34,284 nucleotides of DNA from the IMG/VR virus record IMGVR_UViG_3300025875_000073, positions 1 to 34,284 of that record; one strand, written 5' to 3'. The notes under the pieces are model-generated. The model saw nothing but the letters and a program-made list of their open reading frames with translations, did not search any database and was not told the origin of the DNA. This document shows positions 9,027 to 16,059 of this stretch, in pieces. Both the position numbers and the translations under genes were made by a program. How positions within the stretch are numbered: the stretch's first letter is position 1; each line of letters starts with the position of its first letter. Origin of the DNA: a virus (lineage: Duplodnaviria > Caudoviricetes).

Positions 9027-10504
9027 CCGCGGCCGACCCGACGCCCGTGTGGTCGGGCCACTGCGGCATCGGACGCCACCCCGCCTGCCGCGGCTTGTAC
9101 TCCGGCCACCCCTGCCCCTGCGGGTGCCACCAGGAGCCCGAGGTTGCCCTCGAGCCTGAGCCGCCACCACCGGGCCTGCGCATCGGCTCACTGTTCTCCG
9201 GCTACGGCGGGCTCGAGCAGGGCGTGCAGTCCGTGCTCGGCGGCACCGTCGCCTGGCACTCCGAGATCGACCCCGGCGCCTGCAAAATCCTCGCCCACCG
9301 CTACCCCGGCGTGCCCAACCTGGGTGACATCACCGCCGTGGACTGGTTGCAGGTCGAGCCGGTGGACGTGCTGGTCGGAGGTTTCCCCTGCCAGGACGTG
9401 TCTCTGTCAGGACTGCGCGAGGGATTGCGCCCGGACACTCGGTCTGGGCTGTGGTCCCAGTTTGCCTACGCAATCAGTCGACTTCGACCCAGAATGGTTG
9501 TGATTGAGAATGTCCGGGGCCTCCTCAGCGCCGACGCCCATCATCCTGCCCATGACAACCTGGAATCGTGCCCGTGGTGTGTGGGAGACGCCGCGCAGCG
9601 CCCTTTGCGGGCACTCGGAGCTGTTCTCGGAGACCTGGCCGACATCGGGTACGACGCGAGCTGGAAAGGCGTACGCGCGTCCGACATCGGCGCCCCGCAC
9701 GAGCGGTTCCGAGTTTTCGTCGTCGCCTGGCCTGCTTCCGACGCCGCTGACGACGACTGCAACCGGGGTGCAGGAGTTGGAGCGACGGGTGGGCGGCCGG
9801 GGCTCACTGCTGCCGACACCGACCGTCTCGGACACGAACGGGGCGGGTGCGCACGGCACGGGCGGCCTGGACCTGCGGACGGCACTGGCACTCCTGCCTA
9901 CGCCCACGGCGACGCCTTACGGGAACAACCAATCGCCATCGCCTGGCGCGGCTGTGCGGCCGTCCCTGAACTCGCTGGCGCCGCTGTTGCTACCAACTCC
10001 GACGACGACGAATGCTCACGGCAACGGTCGGAACAGTCGCGGGGAACTACTGCTGCCCGGAGTGGTGCTCGAGCTATTGCCGACCCCGACCAGGGCCGAC
10101 GGGGAACGAACCTCCGTGACCTACGCGCGGGGCAATCCGACCTTGACTGGGGCCCTTACGCACCTGCCATCCGGCGATGGGAACGACACCTAGGCCGTCC
10201 CTCGCCAGCCCCCACCGAGCCCGGTGGGTCCGGCATGACACGCATTCGCCAGTTCGCTCACGACTACCACATCGACGGCTACGCGGCCCAATCGATGCTC
10301 CGCTCAGGAAAGTGGGGTGCGCGCCTCGCCCCGCCCTTTGTTGAGTTCCTGCAAGGGCTGGTCGCCGGGTGGGTCACCGACGTGCCCGGCCTGACCCGCA
10401 GCGAGGCACTCAAGGCTCTCGGAAACGGCGTTGTGCCGCAGCAGGCTGAACATGCTGTGCGTGAGCTGCTCGCCGACGTCCCCGCACTGGACGCAGCGTC
10501 GTGA
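9023..10504 (+). CDS. DNA (cytosine-5) methyltransferase with N-terminal CxCxCH extension
   Basis: Motif I SLFSGYGG, IV GGFPCQD, VI ENVRG, VIII APHERFR, IX-X FVEFLQG...ALGNGVVP. Confidence 0.92.
   Translation: MTAADPTPVWSGHCGIGRHPACRGLYSGHPCPCGCHQEPEVALEPEPPPPGLRIGSLFSGYGGLEQGVQSVLGGTVAWHSEIDPGACKILAHRYPGVPNLGDITAVDWLQVEPVDVLVGGFPCQDVSLSGLREGLRPDTRSGLWSQFAYAISRLRPRMVVIENVRGLLSADAHHPAHDNLESCPWCVGDAAQRPLRALGAVLGDLADIGYDASWKGVRASDIGAPHERFRVFVVAWPASDAADDDCNRGAGVGATGGRPGLTAADTDRLGHERGGCARHGRPGPADGTGTPAYAHGDALREQPIAIAWRGCAAVPELAGAAVATNSDDDECSRQRSEQSRGTTAARSGARAIADPDQGRRGTNLRDLRAGQSDLDWGPYAPAIRRWERHLGRPSPAPTEPGGSGMTRIRQFAHDYHIDGYAAQSMLRSGKWGARLAPPFVEFLQGLVAGWVTDVPGLTRSEALKALGNGVVPQQAEHAVRELLADVPALDAAS
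9504..10193 (+). CDS. Nested +1-frame ORF with five LLPTP repeats (probable methyltransferase partner or TRD polypeptide)
   Basis: Open for 229 codons inside the MTase gene; LLPTP at 9732, 9807, 9891, 9987, 10074. Start uncertain (TTG 9504, ATG 9510 or ATG 9552). Confidence 0.65.
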   Translation: MRMSGASSAPTPIILPMTTWNRARGVWETPRSALCGHSELFSETWPTSGTTRAGKAYARPTSAPRTSGSEFSSSPGLLPTPLTTTATGVQELERRVGGRGSLLPTPTVSDTNGAGAHGTGGLDLRTALALLPTPTATPYGNNQSPSPGAAVRPSLNSLAPLLLPTPTTTNAHGNGRNSRGELLLPGVVLELLPTPTRADGERTSVTYARGNPTLTGALTHLPSGDGNDT

Positions 10505-10508
10505 CCGC

Positions 10509-10778
10509 TCAGACATCGCGCAGCCGGATGTGCTCAGCCCGCACCCACCCGCAGAACTCGGCCTCGTACCCGGGCAGGAACTCGCGGACGGCCACCACCA
10601 GACCGCGCAGGCCGTCGTTGGAGCCGTTCGGATTGGCCGCCCAGCCGTGCAGCTCCCCGGCCAGCTCCGTGGCGTCCAGGGATGTCCACGCCCACACCGG
10701 CACCGCCGGCTCCCGCGGCACCTCGACCTTCGCCAGCTCCTCCTCGAGGCGCCCCTCCGGCAGCCGCTGCACAAGCAC
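10509..10778 (-). CDS. Counter-oriented hypothetical protein, probably leaderless
   Basis: High GC3 in this frame, protein-like composition, TACCGT-N7-GTG. Alternative start ATG 10808. Confidence 0.65.
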   Translation of the reverse strand: MLVQRLPEGRLEEELAKVEVPREPAVPVWAWTSLDATELAGELHGWAANPNGSNDGLRGLVVAVREFLPGYEAEFCGWVRAEHIRLRDV

Positions 10779-10847
10779 GACGCCGACGGTACGAGGCCCA
10801 CCAGGCATCCCGCCCCGGACCCGACCGACCATCCCCAGGGGGAGACC

Positions 10848-11015
10848 ATGACCGACCAGCCAGAGCCACCACCACCAGCCGGCCGCAAGCCACCACCGCC
10901 ACCACCCACGCCCGAGCACCGCCTGTACCGCGACATGTGGATCGCCGAGCTGTGGCCCACCTGCCCCGAGTACCACCACGGCGACCGGCCACGCCCCTAC
11001 CGGACGGCCGCCTGA
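10848..11015 (+). CDS. Small Pro-rich hypothetical protein
   Basis: GGGGGAG RBS; TGATG coupling to the replication gene. Confidence 0.6.
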   Translation: MTDQPEPPPPAGRKPPPPPPTPEHRLYRDMWIAELWPTCPEYHHGDRPRPYRTAA

Positions 11016-11767
11016 TGCGCGACGACTTCTACTGGTTCCGGGTGCACGACCACATCGACGAGCACCCCAAGATCGAGCCCCTGTCCGACCCGGCGTTCCG
11101 GCTCCTCATCGAGACGTGGGCGTACTGCCGGCGCAACCGCAACGACGGCCGCATCGCCGACGCCGTGTGGAAGAAGCGCGGCACCGCTAGGCCCCGCCGC
11201 GAACTCGAGCAGGCCGGGCTCGTTGAACAGCACCAGGGGCACGTGCAGGTGCACGACTACCTCGACTGGCAGCAGTCCGCTGAGGAGATCGACGCGGCGA
11301 AGGCGAAGAAGTCGAAAGCCGGCGGCTACGGCAACCACAAGAAGTGGCATGCCGACCGCGGCCTCGTGGACCCCGAGTGCCAGCACTGCCCGACCCCACC
11401 TGACGACGACCAAGACCCATCGCTCCTGCGATCGCAGATGCGATCCCAGGAGCGATCGCAGAACGGTCGCAGCAGCCTCGCAGAGGTAGAGGGAGAGAGA
11501 GAAGTACCTACCTACGTTGAGAAGGGGGGGTACGTACCGGACGCGCGAGCGACCCCCCCTCCACGATTCCTCGACCGTTGCAGCCGCCACGGCAACGACC
11601 CCGAGCCGCCCCCCTGCGGCGCTTGCGCCGACGTGCGCAAGGCCAACGCCGCCCGGCCGCCGCTGCAGCTCGTCCCCCAGGCGCCTACTCAGCGGTGCCT
11701 CGTCCATGCCGAACCCGACGTCACCCATTGCCGCGGATGCGCCGCCGACCGGAAAGCCATCTCGTGA
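11015..11767 (+). CDS. Putative phage replication initiator / replisome organiser
   Basis: WFRVHD...HPKI..LSD.AFRL...W.YC...DG N-terminus typical of actinophage initiators; internal iterons; C-terminal Cys/His clusters. Confidence 0.75.
   Translation: MRDDFYWFRVHDHIDEHPKIEPLSDPAFRLLIETWAYCRRNRNDGRIADAVWKKRGTARPRRELEQAGLVEQHQGHVQVHDYLDWQQSAEEIDAAKAKKSKAGGYGNHKKWHADRGLVDPECQHCPTPPDDDQDPSLLRSQMRSQERSQNGRSSLAEVEGEREVPTYVEKGGYVPDARATPPPRFLDRCSRHGNDPEPPPCGACADVRKANAARPPLQLVPQAPTQRCLVHAEPDVTHCRGCAADRKAIS
11417..11537 (+). repeat. Iteron-like ~12-bp tandem repeats plus purine run (putative origin)
   Basis: CCATCGCTCCTG / CGATCGCAGATG / CGATCCCAGGAG / CGATCGCAGAAC / GGTCGCAG, then AGAGGTAGAGGGAGAGAGAGAAGTACCTACCTAC. 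Confidence 0.6.
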
Positions 11768-12042
11768 CCACTGACCAGTCCCGCCTCGCCAAGTCCCGGC
11801 TCCTCGTAGCCGACGCCTTCGAACGGGACCGGGCCGCCGGCACGAAGCCCGACCCGCACGACTCCGCCACCTGGCTGCTCGACCAGCTGCAGGCCCTCGG
11901 CTGGAAGGCCCCACCCGACCCGGCCGCCGACATCCCGCCGCTCCGGCCCGAACGCGTCGCCGACCCCGACCACCGGGCCGCCTGCAAGGCCGCGATCGAC
12001 GCCGCCGTTGCCGCTGCCCGCGCTGTCACGCGTCACGCTTGA
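11764..12042 (+). CDS. Hypothetical protein
   Basis: GTGA coupling, GC3 bias. Confidence 0.7.
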   Translation: MTTDQSRLAKSRLLVADAFERDRAAGTKPDPHDSATWLLDQLQALGWKAPPDPAADIPPLRPERVADPDHRAACKAAIDAAVAAARAVTRHA

Positions 12043-12067
12043 CAGCTGGACGCCCACCCGCCACGCT
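12039..12067 (+). promoter_or_regulatory. sigmaA-like promoter TTGACA-N17-CACGCT
   Basis: Perfect -35 and 17-nt spacer; matching promoter at 20292. Confidence 0.55.
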
Positions 12068-12113
12068 CAATCCACCGCCAGCCGATGCCCCGGCCCGACC
12101 GACTGGAGAAGTC

Positions 12114-12308
12114 GTGACCCACTCCGACACCTGGCAGACCGCCCGAGCGAAGCGCGCAGCACGACGCGCCGCCGACCCGCAAGTGCAGGCCCGCCGCGAA
12201 GCACACATCCGGCGCGAAGCCCAAGAGCAGCGGGCAGCCGCCAGGCGCGCCGAACGAGCCGCCGCCACCGATGCCGCGCCCGCCGCTCACCTGGACGGCG
12301 CAGCATGA
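12114..12308 (+). CDS. Small basic helical protein
   Basis: GGAG RBS before GTG 12114; ATGA coupling to the next gene. Confidence 0.6.
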   Translation: MTHSDTWQTARAKRAARRAADPQVQARREAHIRREAQEQRAAARRAERAAATDAAPAAHLDGAA

Positions 12309-12463
12309 TCTCCCCCGGCCTGATCGGCCTCTACTGGGCGCTCGCCTCGTTCGCCGCCGCCGCCGCCTGGACGTGGGCCGTGCCCCGCTACCGCGCCGCA
12401 CGAGCAGCAGCCACCGTCGTCGCCTGCCGGGCCCTCGGCTGCCCGTGTGGTGGACGGGCATGA
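12305..12463 (+). CDS. Small membrane protein
   Basis: GLIGLYWALASFAAAAAWTWAV; coupled at both ends. Confidence 0.6.
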   Translation: MISPGLIGLYWALASFAAAAAWTWAVPRYRAARAAATVVACRALGCPCGGRA

Positions 12464-12705
12464 GCGCGCCGACCCCCACGCCCGCAACACCCACCGACGC
12501 CGAGCGACAGATCGCGCATGAGGTCTGGAACGAGGCGCTGTGCAACCACGGCATTCCCGGCTGGAACCTCACCGACGCTTTCGCTCAGGCTCTCGCTGAC
12601 CAGCGAGCCCGGTACGAGGCGCTGGCCACCAACCTGGCTCGGGAACCACGAGCCGTGAACGGACACATCGCCGCTGAGCGCATCCGGCAGGTGGGCACCC
12701 GATGA
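12460..12705 (+). CDS. Hypothetical protein
   Basis: ATGA coupling at both ends. Confidence 0.65.
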   Translation: MSAPTPTPATPTDAERQIAHEVWNEALCNHGIPGWNLTDAFAQALADQRARYEALATNLAREPRAVNGHIAAERIRQVGTR

Positions 12706-12788
12706 CCGCCCAGGTCGCCGCCGACCTCCGCGCCGCAGCCGACGCCGCTGAGGCCGCCACAACCCATCGGGCCGATGGCCAGCGCTGA
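12702..12788 (+). pseudogene. 28-codon MTAQVAADLRAAAD... ORF, possibly a truncated gene remnant
   Basis: ATGA-coupled start; ends just inside the next gene. Confidence 0.3.
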
Positions 12789-13446
12789 ACCCATCGACGG
12801 CCGCTGCGGCGCCGTGGTGAAGCCCAAGCCCGAGCAGGGCCGCGAGGGCGGGTTCTGCGAGAAGGCCCCGCTCGTCGGCCAGCTGCGGTGCGGTACCCAC
12901 GGCGGGAAGGCACCGCAAGCCCTCGCAGCGGCGGAGCGCAGGCAGCAGGAGGTCGCCGCACGCGAGGCCGTCGCCACCTTCGGTCTCCGCCGCGACGTCG
13001 GCTTCGACGAGGCCATCCTCGAGGAGTTCCAGTGGGCCGCCGGGCACGTCGCATGGCTCCGCGGGCGCGTCCAGGAGTTGACCCCAGATGCGCTGGTCTG
13101 GGGTGTCACCAGCGAGATCGACAAGGGCGCCGGCGAGTTCCCCGGCGTGGACACCACCAGCGGTGCCGAGCCGAATGTGTGGCTCGTCGAGTACCGCAAG
13201 GAGCGACAGCACCTGCTCGCCCTATACGTGGCGGCCAAGAAGGCCGGCGCAGAGGACGCCCGGCTGCGCATCGCGGAACGTGAAGGCGCCCGCATCGCTG
13301 AGGTGATCCGTCGGTCGTTCGACCGGATGCTCGACGGACTCGTCGCCCTCGGCTTGGGGCAGGCGCTGGTCGAGCGTTGGCCGGAGCTGATGCGCGAGGT
13401 CGTCGTCGTGGAGCTGCGGGCGCTGGGCACGGAGCCGGGCGCGTGA
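12775..13446 (+). CDS. HGGxSTG-like Zn-binding protein, probable terminase small subunit
   Basis: RCGA...C...RCGTHGGKAP N-terminus followed by AGHVAWL...W.VEY..ER helical body, as in actinophage TerS-like genes. Confidence 0.65.
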   Translation: MASAEPIDGRCGAVVKPKPEQGREGGFCEKAPLVGQLRCGTHGGKAPQALAAAERRQQEVAAREAVATFGLRRDVGFDEAILEEFQWAAGHVAWLRGRVQELTPDALVWGVTSEIDKGAGEFPGVDTTSGAEPNVWLVEYRKERQHLLALYVAAKKAGAEDARLRIAEREGARIAEVIRRSFDRMLDGLVALGLGQALVERWPELMREVVVVELRALGTEPGA

Positions 13447-13610
13447 TGGAGCCGACCGAGCTGACCGGACCCGTCGCCGGCGCCTGGATCACCTACTACC
13501 CCGACTACTCCGGAATGGCGCTGTTCTGCGACGAGCTGAACGCGCTCCGGTACGCCATGGAGCACTCGATGCAAGTCAAGTTCGTGCGGCACGGCGAGGA
13601 GATCCGATGA
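13446..13610 (+). CDS. Hypothetical protein (54 aa)
   Basis: Coupled at both ends, GC3 bias. Confidence 0.65.
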   Translation: MEPTELTGPVAGAWITYYPDYSGMALFCDELNALRYAMEHSMQVKFVRHGEEIR

Positions 13611-14014
13611 CCCCCGACCTGCGGGCGCTGCTGGACGGCCTCGACGCGGCGCTGGCGAAGGCGACACCGGGGCCGTGGGCGCAGCAGAACGGGGCACCCA
13701 ACTTCGTCTACGGCGACCCTGAGGTCGGAATCTTCGTCTGCGACACCGGCCACGACGTCCTCGCCGACGGTCAGCCCACCGCCGACGCCGCGTTGATCGT
13801 GGCCGCGGTGAACGCCCTGCCCGCCCTGCTCGCCGCTGTGCGGGCCGCCGCAGACCTCGCCGGCGAGCTGGACGGGCACGTCATGCCCCGCAGCTTCCAC
13901 CCCGCTGGCACCCACAGCGACGGAGCCAGCTCGGCCTACGCCGATGCCGCCGTCCGCCTCCGCGCTGCCCTGTCCGCCGCCCTGCCCGAAGCCTCCGAAA
14001 GGGACGCCGAATGA
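13607..14014 (+). CDS. Ead/Ea22-like protein
   Basis: AKATPGPW...ADAALIVAAVNALPALL signature. Confidence 0.7.
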   Translation: MTPDLRALLDGLDAALAKATPGPWAQQNGAPNFVYGDPEVGIFVCDTGHDVLADGQPTADAALIVAAVNALPALLAAVRAAADLAGELDGHVMPRSFHPAGTHSDGASSAYADAAVRLRAALSAALPEASERDAE

Positions 14015-14029
14015 GTGCGATCGCGGCTT

Positions 14030-14121
14030 TGACCTGCAATAATGGAAGCGGCCCCGACGGTGTTGGTAGCACCAGCCGAGGCCTGACCCACCCACTCGAT
14101 TGCGGCGAGAAGGGGGCTGGC
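14030..14121 (+). promoter_or_regulatory. HNH-associated promoter and structured leader, copy 1
   Basis: TGACCTGC-AATAAT-GGAAGC, then GGCCCCG/CGAGGCC stem enclosing a GGTG/CACC hairpin; similar to 22415 and 26326. Confidence 0.55.
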
Positions 14122-14664
14122 GTGAGCCTACCCATCGAAGAATCCTGGCGACCGATCCCGGGCTACGAGGGCAACTACGAGGTCAGTGACCTGGGGCGTG
14201 TGCGCTCACTAGACCGCGTCCTGACCTGCGGAAGTCAGCGGCGCAGGTTCACAGGCCAGATCCTCTCCCAGTTCCCGAACGGCGAGGGTCGGCCGACGGC
14301 CAGCATCAACCGTGACGGCCGACCTCGTCGCGTGCTTGTGCACCGGCTCGTCCTCCTGGCGTTCGTGGGCGAGCCCCCGGCGGGTCACGTCGCCTGCCAC
14401 AACGACGGCGACTGCACCAACAACCGCCTGAGCAACCTGCGCTGGGACACCGAGAGGGAGAACCAGCTCGACATCGTCAGACACGGCAGGCACTGGAGCG
14501 CGCAGAAGACGCACTGCCCGCAGGGGCACGCCTACGCCGGCTCCAACTTGGTGACCGGAAGTCGTGGGGGGCGTGCGTGCCGAACCTGCCGTAATGCCGG
14601 GATGCGTGAGCGGTACCGCGCCCGCGTAGCCGCCGCCCGCGCCGCTACAGAGGAGACCCCGTGA
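14122..14664 (+). CDS. NUMOD4-HNH homing endonuclease
   Basis: WRPIPGYEGNYEVSDLGRVRS (NUMOD4); VHRLVLLAF...CHNDGDCTNNRLSNLRW (HNH); THCPQGH...CRTC. Frame is open from ATG 14011. Confidence 0.9.
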   Translation: MSLPIEESWRPIPGYEGNYEVSDLGRVRSLDRVLTCGSQRRRFTGQILSQFPNGEGRPTASINRDGRPRRVLVHRLVLLAFVGEPPAGHVACHNDGDCTNNRLSNLRWDTERENQLDIVRHGRHWSAQKTHCPQGHAYAGSNLVTGSRGGRACRTCRNAGMRERYRARVAAARAATEETP

Positions 14665-14750
14665 CCGCCTCCCCCACGGATCGCCGCGACGCCGACGACG
14701 CGACCGAGACGCCCCAGAGGGGCCACTTTGAGCGAGGTGAAGGCAAGTGA
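14661..14750 (+). CDS. 29-aa micro-ORF carrying the QRGHFER motif
   Basis: GAGGAG RBS; GTGA coupling at both ends. Confidence 0.45.
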   Translation: MTASPTDRRDADDATETPQRGHFERGEGK

Positions 14751-15052
14751 GCGAGAACGAGGGCCCGGTCCCCCAGGCATACGGCCCTCGCCAGGTGTTC
14801 CAGTGGGCCGGACCCAGCGACGATCTGACCACCGTCGAAGTCGTCGGCACGGTGGACGCAACCGAGTACGGCGGCGGCCACATCGTGATCACCATCAGCG
14901 GTGATGTCGCCAGGCCTCGCAGCATCGAGAGCGATGCGCCGGTGTCTCACGAGCACCGGTTGGATCTGGACGTCACCAACGCCCGCGCCATGCGTGACGC
15001 GTTCGTCGCAGCGATCGACTGGGTCTGCGACAACGCGGAGAACTACTCGTGA
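14747..15052 (+). CDS. Hypothetical protein
   Basis: Coupled at both ends. Confidence 0.7.
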   Translation: MSENEGPVPQAYGPRQVFQWAGPSDDLTTVEVVGTVDATEYGGGHIVITISGDVARPRSIESDAPVSHEHRLDLDVTNARAMRDAFVAAIDWVCDNAENYS

Positions 15053-15249
15053 CCGCCCAGAGGGGCGAGCCCGCCGACGACGTCCTGGTGCGCTACCTGT
15101 GCATCGGCCACCCGGGCTGGCCGGACCCGCTCGTGGTTCAGACGCCTGAGCGGGCACAGGAGTGGCTGGACGAGCACAGCGAACGCCACCCCGGTATCCG
15201 CGTGGTGAAGCGGACCGAGATCCGCGAGCCGTTTGGACGGCAGTCGTGA
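15049..15249 (+). CDS. Hypothetical protein, MTAQRGEPA start
   Basis: Starts in a junction repeat; coupled. Confidence 0.7.
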   Translation: MTAQRGEPADDVLVRYLCIGHPGWPDPLVVQTPERAQEWLDEHSERHPGIRVVKRTEIREPFGRQS

Positions 15250-15701
15250 CCGCCCAGAGGGGCCACTTCGAGCGACACCACTTCGCGTTCTCGCGCGACT
15301 TCGACGGCAACGGCCGGCGACGCTGCGGCACCTGTCGCCAGGCCTACGCCGACGGCGAGCACATCGAGATCACCGTGCTCAAGCCGTACACGTCCTACGT
15401 CTGCCCGACCGGCGGTGGGCTCGGCCACTCCAGCGTGTGGACCGGCGCCTACCACCCCGAGGGGCGCTCGCTGCGCGACGGGCACTGCTCCTGCGGTGCG
15501 GAGTACGTCGAGGAGGACCGCGAGCTCTGGCAGCTCAGCTTCGAGATTCAGCGACCGGACGGCGACGGCCACTGGACGCCGGTCACCACGACCAAGTCCA
15601 AGCACGCTGCCCAGCTGCAGCACGCGGGCCTGCTTGAGCTGGTCGACCAGGGCGAGCCGATCCGCAACGTCGAGCTCGTCCGACTGGTGGCTCAGCGATG
15701 A
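15246..15701 (+). CDS. Cys/His-containing hypothetical protein, MTAQRGHFER start
   Basis: Starts in a junction repeat; CGTC, CSCG. Confidence 0.72.
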   Translation: MTAQRGHFERHHFAFSRDFDGNGRRRCGTCRQAYADGEHIEITVLKPYTSYVCPTGGGLGHSSVWTGAYHPEGRSLRDGHCSCGAEYVEEDRELWQLSFEIQRPDGDGHWTPVTTTKSKHAAQLQHAGLLELVDQGEPIRNVELVRLVAQR

Positions 15702-15832
15702 GCCGGCCGATGGAGTGCGAGGACTGCGGGCTGGTCCCGTTCGACCTCCCGGATGGCGTCGACCCCGAGCTGATCTTCGAGCGCGGGGAGGACGGCGTGA
15801 TGCGCTGCCAGGGCTGCGAGGCCGCGCGATGA
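15698..15832 (+). CDS. 44-aa CxxC...CxxC microprotein
   Basis: MSRPMECEDC...RCQGCEAAR; ATGA overlaps at both ends; not in the ORF track. Confidence 0.62.
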   Translation: MSRPMECEDCGLVPFDLPDGVDPELIFERGEDGVMRCQGCEAAR

Positions 15833-16059
15833 CCGCCCAGAGGGGCGAGCCCGCCCAGGGCGAGGCGGTGTCCGGCTTGTACCGCCTGGTGCAGCGGCGG
15901 GGATCGGCAGTGGCGCACGCGCTCCCGTTCCTGGATGGCGGCCGGTCGACTACCACGCTGTGCGCGCAGAGCGCCCCGGGCCACTCGTCGTGGCCCGTCC
16001 AACCTGACGAGCTGCCGCTGTGCAAGCGGTGCGCGCGACTGATCGAGGCCCGACGGTGA
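15829..16059 (+). CDS. Small Zn-finger-like protein, MTAQRGEPA start
   Basis: AHA...TLC...LCKRC; starts in a junction repeat. Confidence 0.68.
   Translation: MTAQRGEPAQGEAVSGLYRLVQRRGSAVAHALPFLDGGRSTTTLCAQSAPGHSSWPVQPDELPLCKRCARLIEARR

Noticed and set aside
9023-10504. Complete restriction-modification or other known defence system
   Set aside because: No cognate restriction endonuclease or recognisable defence operon nearby; the MTase appears to be an orphan.
10501-10851. Plus-strand 116-aa ORF as a functional protein
   Set aside because: Low-complexity composition, and codon bias favours the minus-strand gene; kept only as a possible coupling bridge.
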